The notes under the pieces were generated by a model. That model did not search any database. It was not told the origin of the DNA and saw nothing but the letters and a program-made list of their open reading frames with translations. A DNA stretch of 64,000 nucleotides from Penicillus capitatus (taxonomy: Eukaryota > Plantae > Chlorophyta), in NCBI GenBank assembly GCA_965649825.1, contig OZ287702.1, positions 1,230,786-1,294,785 of the forward strand, given 5' to 3'. Below, one piece after another: positions 1 to 12,067 of the stretch. A program made the translations under genes and the position numbers. Within the stretch, counting starts at the first letter, position 1, and each line of letters starts with the position of its first letter.

Positions 1-338
1 TTCTTCGGTTTGTCTTTCGGTTCGACGCGACTCTGCCAGCTCATAAGAGGCTCTTGGTTTAGAATGAAGTCGACACCCAGAAGGGCGTTAGTTTCGTCAC
101 GATGGCGTTCACTTAAAAACGGCTCGGTGAGCAATTTCTCGGCAAATACTAGAAAGTCCTCTGGTACCCTAATAGATCGAATTATTTCGACGCCATGTTT
201 TTGAGCCTCGTCAATTGCTCTCTGAAAGGCGTCGCCCCAAACTGCGTCGTTGAGGATCTTTTCGGCTAGCCAATCCACCGGAGGTTGAAATTTCCTACGG
301 ACTTTCGAATCTTCTACCACAGACGCGGCCGCCGCCAT
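1..338 (-). CDS. Hypothetical protein, 5' part, runs off the left edge
   Basis: ATG at 338 opens an uninterrupted frame MAAAASVVEDSKVRRKFQPPVDWLAEKILNDAVWGDAF...QSRVEPKDKPK to position 1. It is absent from the ORF track because it has no stop in the window. No family recognised. Confidence 0.5.
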   Translation of the reverse strand, partial: MAAAASVVEDSKVRRKFQPPVDWLAEKILNDAVWGDAFQRAIDEAQKHGVEIIRSIRVPEDFLVFAEKLLTEPFLSERHRDETNALLGVDFILNQEPLMSWQSRVEPKDKPK

Positions 339-3300
339 GCTTCAGAACAGCGTAGTTGAAAAGATAGGACGGTGAAAACGACGCCGGCGTCGAAGTTAAA
401 ACAGAAGTCCACGATCCGCAGACTAGCCGCAGACCGCCGGCGATGTAAGATGACACGCACAAAAAAACAAATGCGCTAATAACAGCTGTTCTGACGACAT
501 GTTGTGATTGTCTCTTCGCTTCACCTTCTTCTGCGTCCGCGGCGACGGGCCACACAACTGCTGAACTTGTCGTGCTGTCGCGTCACGATCCGTTCGCTCT
601 CCGTTCGCGACGACGGATGATGATGGGAACCGAGTTGCGAAGTCGGAAACACCTGAGATTCGTATTCGGAGTCGTCTCTTCTTTTCCCGAGGCAAGCTCG
701 AGAATGTGTTTATGTTGTCAAGAACGCAAACGGCGGCCCGGGGAACGAAATTTTACCTCTTACAACCGCGAGCTTGACTCCGAACTGCGTCGTTTTCTCA
801 TCTATCCCATTGAAGATCTCTGATCGGAGGTACTCCATTCAGCCAAAGTCTGCGCATTTCACAACGACAGGAGCAGCCAATCTTCTCAGCAGCGTCTTCC
901 ACAGGTCGCTTGACGGGGTCGAATTCTTTCGGTCGGGCGTCCACTGACGGCAACGCCTTGCCCCTCCACGTGTGGCGTTGAGAGCGCCATTACCCCGGAG
1001 GTTCACCAGTCTGACGGGGATACGTCGGACAGTGGCGCGACGCGGCCGCGCCAACGCGCGTGTGCGGAAGTGGAGGGACTGTGTAGAGTCAAAGCTAAGA
1101 CTGATTACATCGCGCGCCCAGTCAGCTTTATAGCCCTGGCGCCCGCGGACCGCTGTCATGTCAAGCAGCGGACAGCCTGTCCGGTCCGCTGGGCCGCGAC
1201 CGTTATCGCGTACCCGTCAGGGGGTTTCCTTGCCGAGGCGCCGGACTGTTAGAGCTGGCTCTGAGATGCGTTACACTTCTCACCGAAGTCCCAGAAAACA
1301 ACCTATCCAACACGTGCCGTTGCCAATCAAAGAGAGTCGATAGAAAATGAGGTATTCCTCGACGACATCTGAGGTCTTAACACGCAATGACGACACAAAG
1401 AATAGTCATGTGTATGCATCGCCATTTGAGCCGCGTTTTCAGTAGCTAAATCTGCGTGCCTATTCTACCATCACTAAAACCTTTGTGATACCAAGGCTGT
1501 CACGCTCTCGTTTTAATGACTGTCAATAGTTGGGGTTGTCACATTGTGTCTGCCTCGTTTCCAAGGGTCCTGTCTTCCAAGGTGCGCTCGTAAGGGGTTC
1601 ACGACTTCTCTCCATTCTACCGACCGTCGGAGTCGCTAACATTTGAGAAAGAGAGAAAGTATGTGAACTGGAAGCCATGTTGCACCGCTTATGGTGCGGA
1701 ACAATGGTCACAATGTCAAGGGCGGTGAAAGTGGTTCTGTGAGAACAAGATGCATAGCAATAGATCATGTAGAAAGCACGACGGTGGGCATACAGACCGT
1801 ATGCGAACACCGTTAGTGTGAAGAAAAAATGAGAGTTCAAGTGGACAGAACCAAATAGAACGAAGTGAGTTGATGGCCGTGAAATCGAAAACGAGTGTAC
1901 AAGTTTTGCGAGTCAGGCAGCAGAACGACAAAGGAGTGGAGACTAAAACGAACACGGAATAGATAGGAGCAATGACAGAAACGCCCACACTGGAAACGTG
2001 CCAAAGGTCGACGAGTAGAAGCGAAAGATGGCGAAATCATTCGATTCATTATTTCAAATCGGACAAAACCGAAAAAGCGGGACCTCCTCACATCGGCTTG
2101 CCATAGCACAGAAGCACTTTACGAACGTTTGCGTCAACACTGTCGGCTTTGCCGTGCAGAACTGCTTGAGGCGCCGCTGTCTGGTTGAGGGGGTGCCTGA
2201 TTCCCTCCCTCTTCTGGTTGACTGGGCGGACCTGCCTCTCCCACGAGTCCGTGTCGGTCTTCTTGAACGGAGCTACGTCGAAAATCGTACAGCTCGGCGT
2301 TATGGACCACCTGGTCGGCGCCCCGCTGGAATAGGTCGGTGGCGTCGATGCTTTGGCGCTCCCCTTCGCGAAAGAAACCGAGCGCCGCTAGAAATGGCGG
2401 ATTCCTGTACAACGGCGGATATGGAACGGTCGCGTGAGACACCGGGGGTTGTTCGTCGTCGTCTGCCAGGCTGACCGAAGTCTGATACCCAAACTGTAAA
2501 ACTGCTTACAAAGCGAAAGCTCCCCCCCCCAAACGTTCTTCCCCCATTTAAACCATCCGACCGATGTGACCCGAGAAGCTGATGACTCATCCATCGCCCA
2601 GAACCAGGGAACCAGAACCCCCCGCACCTGAGACCTTCGCTGACAAGACCCTGAGTGCCCCTTGGCGGCGTGCACCCATCGCCAGCCAGACAGTCCCCTC
2701 AATTGATTTACCCTCCCTCCGATCCATCATGACTCCGGGATGACGTCGTCCCATCACTATCTTGCCGACAAACACTCAGTCTCGCCCTCTTTGATATCAT
2801 TCGTGGGGCACAGTCGGTGATCGGAGATTATGCTCTTATTGTGGTTCGGTATCCTTTGCGCTTTACTTTCCACAATGTCGCTTCATCGGAATCTCCCGTC
2901 TAACTATTACGCACAAGCACTCGTCAAGAATAAATGTGGGAAAGCGGGTGGAAAGTTTCTCGGTGGTCAGTATTTAGTCGGCAAAACGCCTAGAAAAACA
3001 AACATCCTGTTCGACCGTAAGTACACTGTACACTGCCTCCCTCGAGAAATCACACGCAGATCGTTGTCTGACGTCTGCCGTCGCATCAGGATGTCTTTGT
3101 GCCAGATAGCTGTGCATTTTAAGCGAGAGTCGAAAATTCAAAAGGCCGTTGATCTGCTCTCGCTGTCCACTCATACATACACAACTCAGATGAATAGAGC
3201 TGCAGTCGGTCAGAATCATTTCTGTTTTCATTGATGGAAGCTCTCCCACAGAACGAATAGATCGTCATAGCAAAGAGTACTTTGTCTTCCATTCTACGCA

Positions 3301-3953
3301 AACAATGAGGTAAACGCAACGAGTTCTCGTAAGTTGCTGTTAGAAAAATGTCCCGCTCCTACTACTTACCCAAGATCTGGCAAAGCCGCGCAACAATCGA
3401 TGATTAGTAAGATGCGCAACCACTTTCTGAGACGGCGGACTTGAGCAAAACATTTGACGATTTTACGAGAGCTCGGGGATAACGACAATATTGAACGCTG
3501 AATTGCCTGTTAGAGTATCGAGCGGTAAGCCGATAACTGATAGGTCTTACAATTGATTCTTTAGGTTTATCACGCACTGTCACCACGAAGTTTATGACAT
3601 GTGCTTCTGCTTCCCGGAAAACATCCATAACAAGTTTATGTTTGAACTCGCCCCATCTTTGGCGACTGATGCGCGTTTCTGTGTTCCTGCTTTACAGAGC
3701 AGACAGAATCTTCAAAAATTGCTAATCAAATCGGAAACTTTGTTGAAAAGAAGCAACAATCAGTGCTTCGTACTGTATCCGATGGTGCCACCAGAGGCAT
3801 ACTTGAAGAGCATCTTCCGATGCTTTTTTTTTTTGAAAACAGCAATAGGTCAAGTCACAAGAAGGTCAGAATGCAATGGAGAACATTAATACGTCTACCC
3901 ACTGAACTACAGACAGGTTTGAAGAACTGAAGAGTCGTAAACAGGAAGAGAGA

Positions 3954-6900
3954 TCAGGACTCGATGGGGATGTCACACGCCTCTCCTGCGAAGCCAGTGA
4001 AGCACAGACACACGCCGTCCTTCAGGTTGCACACACCGCCTCCGTTGCAGTCCCCTGGACACGCCACTGGTGCATCGGCTGGCGGCACGAACTCGGGCTC
4101 GCAGCCCACGCCCGAGCACACTTTCAAGGTGCCGGCGCTGCTGAGTCCCATGACCTCTGGCTGGTCGCTGGCAAAGACGCGCGTGGGAGGCAGAGTGAAG
4201 TTGCCAACCGTGGCGGCCACGGCTCTCAGACTGACGCTGGTTGTTCCCGGACGGACCCTGTCGAAGGTGAAGGTCACGACCTGAGGCCTGGTCTCCTGCT
4301 GCGGACAGTTGAAGAAGAAGGAGCGGAAGAGACTGAAGAAGGGAACGGGGCAGAAGCCGCCTCCTGCGATGTTGGGATCCACGGGTTCCAGTCCGGCTGG
4401 CATCAGGACGCGGACGACCGTCTGTCCGAGCGCATCCGGCGTGAGGAACTGGACCTTGATCGAGACGACCGTTCCTCGGGGGACGACGGAGAGACCAGGC
4501 CCGTCGCCCTCCTCGGCGTCCTCCAGCTGGATGCTTCTCTCCACGAAGATGCCTCTGTAGGTCGGGAACGGCAGGAGCTCGGACGGAACGAAGTTGAGGG
4601 TGATCGCGACGCTGGCCTCGCCGCCGCCCACGGCCGACACCTGGATCGGCTCAGGCGCTTCTGGGAGTGCCTCCCACGGCACTCGGGAGGAGGCGACCGG
4701 CGCGGAGGCGTTGTTGAAGGAGGCCTCTAGCAGGGTCACGTTTCCGGAGACGGCCTCGAAGTCGAGGTTCGGCTGTGCGCTGCCGCGGGAGACGTCGAAC
4801 TCGACGAGCGCCTGCATCGTGATCAGTCGAGTGTAGGCGCTGAAGAGTCGGAAGCTGAAGGCGTCGGAGGCGGGACTGGCGATGTAGTCGCCCAGCCTCG
4901 GCAGCAGCTGTCCGTTGGTTCCGGCCCTGACCTGGGCGAGGAACACGAGCGCGTTCGCCAGGTCGCTTGCCGGAGCCGTGGCTCCGGGGAAAAGGGACAC
5001 GTAGGCGGTCCTGCCGGTGATCCGGAGCAGATCCGTCCACGTCTGGATGGCCAGAGCGACGTCCGGATTGGACGCGCCATCGGGCTCCTCCAGTCTGGCG
5101 AGGACGTAGTACGCCTGGCTCTCGATCGAGAGATTGGCGAACTCTCGGCTGAGGCGCTCCAGCGAGAGATCGTCGACGATGACGGCGTCGCCCGTCTCGG
5201 GCTGCCAGTCGGGACCGAGGGCGGCTCGACCCAGTGCCACGGTGGAGAGGGACAGGGGTCCTGAGATCGCTGCCCTGCGGGCCTCGACGGCGAGGTCTTC
5301 GAGCTCCGAGCCCGCGACGGACCTCCAGATGTCTCTGGCCTCCAAGAGGCTGCCTGAGCGGGACTGAACTTGCGGCAGTGTGTGTCCGACGAGCTGCTCC
5401 TCGACCTGGTTGAGCAGGAAGAGACCTCTGGCGTTCTGGAAGAACGACGGGTCATTTCTGACGGGATTCTCTGGGCACGGCAGGAAGGGTCGCAGTCCTG
5501 CTCTTCTGCTCGTGAGGCCGCCTCCGCGACTCAGCAGGTCGACGGCAGGGTCGAAGCTCTCCAGGACCAGTCCGATCAGGGAGGCGAGCTCCTCGCCCAC
5601 CACATCAGGCGACGGGTTCCACGGGTTGTAGGGATTGATGATTCCCGGAATTGTCGCCGCCGCCAGAGCGAAGTCGGCGTCCACGGGACACTCGAAGGGT
5701 CTGGGTACGCTAAGGATCTGCTCGGCCACGACCAGGACGGCTGGCTGGCGGCCCACTCCGGCGGTGATCAGGATCTCCCCGCTTCCGGGGACGGCGTCGG
5801 GTAGATCGATGCCCTCCACAAAGGTCTGCGTGTCCTGACCCTGGACTGTGAATGAGGTTCCGACTGTCACTGCTTCCTGCAGTCCCTCGATCTCGATCTC
5901 CAGCTGCAGAGCGTCGCTGTTGCCTAGGCCATCGTCGGCAGTCAGGGTGAAGTTGGCTGCTCCGACTGAGACGGCTCTCAGTGTGAAACGCGCTTCTTCT
6001 TGGCCATCGGCGCCGACATCGACGTTCATGACATTGCTGCCAATGAACTCCAGAGGACCATCCACGTCGGCAGTCAGGGAGACGGAAGCATTGGCGGAGC
6101 CGGAGACCGTCACCACGGCTCCTGCCTCGAAGACGTCGCCGGTGCGCACAAAACGGGGAACTGATGGTGTCAGGGAAACCTGTCTCCTCACGATGATCTC
6201 GGATTCGGCACTGCCAAAGAGGCCCCTGGCAGAGACAGCGTACGCTCGGACGACGAAGGTGCCCAGATTGGAAGGAGCAGTGAAGGTGGCCAGAAGAGTT
6301 CTATCCTCTGCTACACTGGTCTCGAAGAGCGGGGTGCTCACGAAGTCGGATTCCAATCGGAGATTGTTTGCAGGAGCGGAATCTTCGACAAGTGCGAATC
6401 CTTCTGAAGCAACGGCAACTGATTTAGCAGGTACAGGTGTCGAAATACGGGCAGAAGCAGATGGAGCACCATCATCTACCACCACAGCCGCCGACAAGGC
6501 GACAGTTTCTACTGCGCCCCCTTCAACTACAATTTGACCTCTTCCACCGAAACTGGGTGTAAAGAACCGAGAGAATTGAATTGTGATGAAGCGGCTCTCC
6601 GAGTCGATATACTCTTCTTCTGTCTGGTCGATTCTGAATCGGTCAGTCAGTCTGTTTGCCAGGAAAAACCAGGGATCCAGGCGACTGCGGCTGTTGTGGT
6701 AGTCAATCAGCGCTTGCAGTCCAGCAGGAGTGGTGATGAATCGACTCATCGACGTCGTAGACATGGAAGCGGACAGGTCCAGAAGGAAGCTGGATGAAAG
6801 ATCCACAAGCGGAAAAGGTACAAGATCCAGAATAGCTCTGTCGACGGCAATCAGCGTCACTTCTGTGCGCGTTGTGGTGTCGAGCTGCACTTCAATCGTT

Positions 6901-9900
6901 GTGTTGTCACCAGGACTCACAACAGCCACTCCTGCATCCTCGGCCGCCTCTGGAAAGGTGATGGTCACGTTCAGCTCTCTGGGAACACTGGGAACAACTG
7001 TGATGCGATCGTTGTACATTTCTGTGTGTGGAAGAGCCAGATCGAACAGTCTCGAAATGGGAACTGGTTCTTCTGTCGCTAATCCCTCTGTCTGCCTCGG
7101 CACTGCTATCACGATCGACAGTCCGCAATCAAACTCGCAGAACTCATCGACGTCGATGCTGATGACGGATCGACCGGAGTCTACAGGCGTCACCTTCTGC
7201 TTGATGCCTTCCACTGTTCCCCACGTGACGAGAGCATAACTGCCATCGAAAGGATTCTCCACCAGGATCCGCTTCTCTGATCCCAGATCCAGTTCCCCTT
7301 CTGCGAGGTCGGTGAAGCCAATGGGCAGGTGGGAGGAAAGGGGACTCTCATCCCAGCTTTCCTGTGTTCTTCCGAGGAAAATGCGTTGACAGACCGTCGC
7401 GCCTCCAGAAGTGGCACATGCTTCGATGGCGAACCGTCCAACGGACGGCAGGACAAAATCGCAGTAGTCTTCTGAGCCTGCATCCAAGCGCCTTAGTGAT
7501 TGGAAGCGTGAAGACAAGGAATCAGTTACCTATCTCAAATTCACAACTAGTGACGCTTGTGCCATTCAGAGGTCGATCACTCGTCCGGATGAAGTCGCTG
7601 TCTTCGTCTGGTAACTGGATCAGCTTAATCGTGACAGTTTCAAGTTGATTGTCTCCCTCGAGAGGTCGCCCTTGAAGGTCTGCGGCATCGACTGCGACTC
7701 CGAAAGTTTGGCCAGGAATGTTCGTCTGTACCGTCCTCCTCAGTGAGAGGCGGAGATCTGCTGCCTCGATGCGGACGCTGGCCGACTGTTCGATCAGCTC
7801 ACTGGTCGGTCCGACGAGTTGAAAATCGATAGAGACCCTGGACCCGACGTTAGGAAGAGGTTCAATCTGGGAGAGATCGATCACAGCAGTGCCGTTCCCA
7901 TTGTCGTCGGTCGTGATGGTCAGCTCCCCCTCTGCTGGTTCTTCTTCTTCGTCTCGGTTGAAGTCCACGAGCTCCCAATTCACTGCGATCTCGGATCCGC
8001 CCACTGCCGATCCAATGAAGGACTCCACGTTCACTTGAATCTCGATGTTTCCAGCTGGCGTGACGAAGAAAGGCGTGTCCACAGTGAGCTCGACCGTCGG
8101 CAGACGCGGGTCGCCAACCGTGAAGGAAACTGAGTCGCCTCTGATGCGACCGTCTGCAACGAAGTTGACTCTGTAGTTCCGCAGTTCAGCCTCAGGAGGG
8201 ATCGGAATCTCTGCTTCGTAGCTGCCGAATTCAGGATTGATCGTGACAGGGAAATCGCTGTTCTCGGCCAAAGGAGGTGAAACCTCGACCCTTGTCGAAG
8301 TAAGGCCTCTGGCGGGTACGAGTTCTCTCCCTTCCCTCTGCCAGACATATCCTGCAACACTTCACTAAGTAAGCAAGTGCACGTGACCAGTGCCGAGCGC
8401 CTACCCTTGACGCGAAGCACTTCATCGGGGCGGACCAATGCCCGATCCAGGACGATCCTGTCTTGGATACTCACGCCCTCGATGCTGCGGAAGAACACAT
8501 CTGGAACGTAGACAAACTTCGGTCCGATTTGCACGACTGCCACGATGTTATCCAGTGAGGTTCTGATTCCTTCCAACAAAGCGACGCCACTGGCATCCGT
8601 CTTGCCTTCTGCCAAAAGCTCCGCATCGGTCAGCTACACAGAAGAGATCGTTCCAGAAATGAATCATTCTAGGACGGATGCTTACAAGTGACCGTCCTCC
8701 AAAGAAGAACACTGTGGCGTTCGCAACGGGTTTTCCAGTTTCCATAGAGGTCACCCAAGCTGCTACCTCCTGTTCTGTCGACAACTGACTGTATGTCACA
8801 ACAGTAACTTGGATCGTCGTTTCCAGAATGACATCCGCTAGGAAGGATCGAAACCTGCCGTGCAACACAAGTGTCAGGGGAGTGGGAATTGTGAGACGCT
8901 CACCTGCAGAGTTCGAATGCCATGACTCCAGCAGGATCCAGCACGGAGGAAGCATCCCTTTCCTGCAGCACGGCGCCTGGCATCCTTGAGCCGACCAGCT
9001 GATCATCTAATCGACAATTAAGATCAGACAGTATGCATTGTGAGTGTGAGTTCACCTGGCGCTCCAAGGTAGCGCCTGTAAGATTCCCGAGTCCCGCCAC
9101 CTATGACAGGAAGAGCTTCTGCTGGCGAAGTGATGGACCAGATGTCGACGACGCTGCCGGTTGAGCAGACCCCATTGTCATTATTGTCCAGTCCTTTCGA
9201 AAAGGAAAGGACCTTTCTGCCCCAGTCCTGAGATGACTCGAAAACAGCGTATCTGGGGAATCTTCCAGTTGATAGTTTGCTGAAGTCTGCGTCGACGCCC
9301 CGTGTTCTAAATTCGAGGCTGGAAGCCTCAAGAGGCAGACCAAAGCCATCCACAACTCTGTCGGATGCTCCGACAGATACCCTGAGTACCGTGTTATGCA
9401 CAGGACGCCCCAAACAAAGAAAGGTACTCACGTGTATAGCTCACTTGGGCCGATCGCTGTTCTCAGACGCAGCACTGTCTTTTCCTCTTGTGTCAGATTG
9501 AAGGCTACCTGCACGCATCCCTTCGACTTGCCAGTAGTCGAAGGGGATTGACTCACTGTTTGGTTACTGCTGTCGACAAGTGTGATTGGAATGTCGGCGA
9601 TGTCGGTTCCGTCTGCCAGGCCGTGTGGAATGTACAGGTCCAGGAAGGGCGTTGTAATCCTATTGACTGAGCTTTCGGAAAACGGAACGACAAATCGACG
9701 CAGTCCTCCAAATGTCACTCTTAAATCGGCTCCCAGCTGTCCAGAGGCATTCCCATAGTCCACTCCTGCTCCAAGGAACAGGGCATACCTGAAACAGACG
9801 AGCTCAGCAATAGCGCTTTCTTCAGAAAGAGTGAGTATACTCGATTCCCATTCGAAGCTCGCCATTCAGAGTGACATTTGCGCATTGGGCTTCTCCGTTC

Positions 9901-10849
9901 ACTGGAGCTCTCCTTCTCAGGCAAGGATCCACCACAACACCGATGTCTGTTCCCTGTCCGCCGTCTGCCACAATCACCTACGGGAAACAACGTCCAGTCT
10001 CCGTTTGAGCGAAAGGTAAAGGGAGGCACCTCAAGTTCTTCCTGCAGAACGGAGAGGGAGACTGGGGCGTTGAACGACAGTTGTATGACGCCTAGAATCG
10101 CAACGCTTGAGGAAAGACCCATCTGGCAAACGGCGATTCAGACCATCCGGTGGCACTTCCGGCAAGATGTCCGTTCGCAGACCATTGAAGGGTGACCAGG
10201 CTGTGTCTGTCGCTTCATTGGCCGATTCACTCCTCACGTTCGCGATTTCCATTGTGAGTCCAGGTGTTGTCAAGATCACAGATTGAGGAATGTCCAGTGT
10301 CAATGGGACCCCTGTGTGGACAGAACCATCCAACCGAGACTGGGCGGATGAGAGCCACACCGTCGTAGGTTCGGAGTTGCAGATTCCATTTAAAGTTGAG
10401 GAGAAGGTCCGTCGCGAATGGTCCGTCTGGATCGAATCGGTAAATCGATGTCGTCACCCACCTGGAACGACCCGGAACTGGAGGGTCGAGTGTAAACGGA
10501 ACCTGTCACATCAAAATCACACTCTTTCAAATCCCGACTGCGGTGACTTACCAGCTCCGGAGGCAGTGTCTCGAATCCGAAATCCGAACCGAGAGCAATG
10601 ACAGGACGACTGAACACCACCTGCGAAGCGTCCTCCGTCACGAGGCACACCATAATCCTCGCTTACCGTAAGGGCTTGCTGTCCTTGAATCTCCACCGTC
10701 TCTTCTCTTGTTATTGCTGTAGGTGTGGTCGTCACGACTTCGAGCGGAATCTCGTCCGCCAGGAATCCGGCTGATGTTGTTTCTGCCGCGGGCGGTTGGC
10801 CTGCAACTGCCCAAAGGAGCACTGCATAACATATTGCTTTTATCCACAT
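3954..10849 (-). CDS. Bacterial-type alpha-2-macroglobulin-like secreted protein with C-terminal EGF-like domain (multi-exon)
   Basis: Signal peptide MWIKAICYAVLLWAVAG. Spliced N-terminal Ig-like exons (VVFSRPVIALG...DPPVPGRSRWVTTSIYRFDP). MG-domain text VGDPRLPTVELTV and VTLIAVDRAILDL. Post-bait motif SDFVSTPLF...FTAPSNLGTFVVRAYAVSARGLFGSAESEIIVRRQVSLTPSVPRFVRTGDVFEAG. C-terminal LMPAGLEPVDPN and AVAATVGNFTLPPTRV, then CPGDCNGGGVCNLKDGVCLCFTGFAGEAC. About a dozen short introns between 7.5 and 10.7 kb (e.g. 10621-10666, 10503-10551), and a single 3' exon of about 3.5 kb. Confidence 0.9.
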
Positions 10850-12067
10850 TTTCACCAAAAGGCGAGGAAAACAGAAGTGAAAGGTGTTCGTTCCTTCGTG
10901 GATTTAATTTCAGTCCAACTGTGAAAACGCGTGTGAACTTTTGAAAGCAGGACAGAATACGAGGCTGAAAATGAGAAGGAACATTTAGGTAAAACGTCGC
11001 ATCACAGATGTCCGCTCGCTGTCCGTAAACCGAGCGAACTTCCTAACCGCCGCGCCACAGGTCAGATCTCTCGCTTCGGTGGACTGTCCTCAATCGCGAA
11101 TCTGATTCTTTATGTACTAATATTCGTATCTGCGAAGAAGGGTACATACACCTCATGTGACGTCAATCATGGCACAAATGCGAATCTCAGACAGCGAATG
11201 CCGTTTGCCACATACATCTCGACGGTGTCTATTCACCACAGAAAATCACTTCAAAACGGACAGACACGTCGACAGAGCCTAGGAAGCTCAGCAAACCGTT
11301 GAGGTATGAATAGGTGTTTACACCCCTGACGGCGAGTCACCGAAATCCGATTACTAATTATTGCAGAGATGAAATGTGTGCACAGGATTATGCTCTCCTC
11401 GGTGCCGAAAGAGCATGCATACATTGCATCGAAGTCAGCAGTAGTTCGAAAGCCCAGAATTGACAGAAGGTGGTCAACGTCAATCGCCTAGATCTTTCGA
11501 GCCAAATGCGCCTTTAAAATGATCAAATCACCATATCAAAATCCTTCCGACGCCTGGAAGACTTGCTCGGGGTTCTAAAAGACGAAAAACAAAAGAGCCT
11601 CAATCGAGTACAATTTCAATCTTCTTCGCAGAAAAGAGCAATGTCGATTAGCTAACTGCAGGCAAACGATTAGAATCGAGTAACAGAGCGCAACACAATA
11701 ACAGGAGATCGATGTCTCGAGAGGACAGGACAATACCATCACAGTGTTTGCTCTGCACAGACTCTACATGAATTGTAAACAAACGACATCGTTTGCACGA
11801 TACACGCACTCTGTCTTAGCAAGCTACCTTCTGACGCTGCTAGTATGTACGTTGACCGTCAGTTGGTCGGTTTTCAATGAAGAACTATGAAGCTGAAACG
11901 GTAAACTTCTTACCGTGCTACGATAGATAGATGTGCCACGGATGACATCTACCTAACCGCAGTTCGCGATTAAAGCACGCTGCAATTCAGGATGACGAAC
12001 AAAGACGCACTTAAGAAGAGAAGCCAGAGACTTTCCTCTATCTTTTCGCTGTCTGCAGTTTCGCAGC

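Noticed and set aside
1523-3319. ORFs at 1523-1988, 2134-2442 and 2830-3234 as genes
   Set aside because: No recognisable motifs and no consistent splice model. 2134-2442 could be a real exon, but I cannot support it.
4309-7239. Many 80-230 aa ORFs overlapping the A2M exon (e.g. 5848-6537 +, 6730-7239 +, 4823-5455 -)
   Set aside because: Antisense or off-frame shadows of a GC-rich coding exon, with Ser/Thr/Arg-biased non-protein-like translations.
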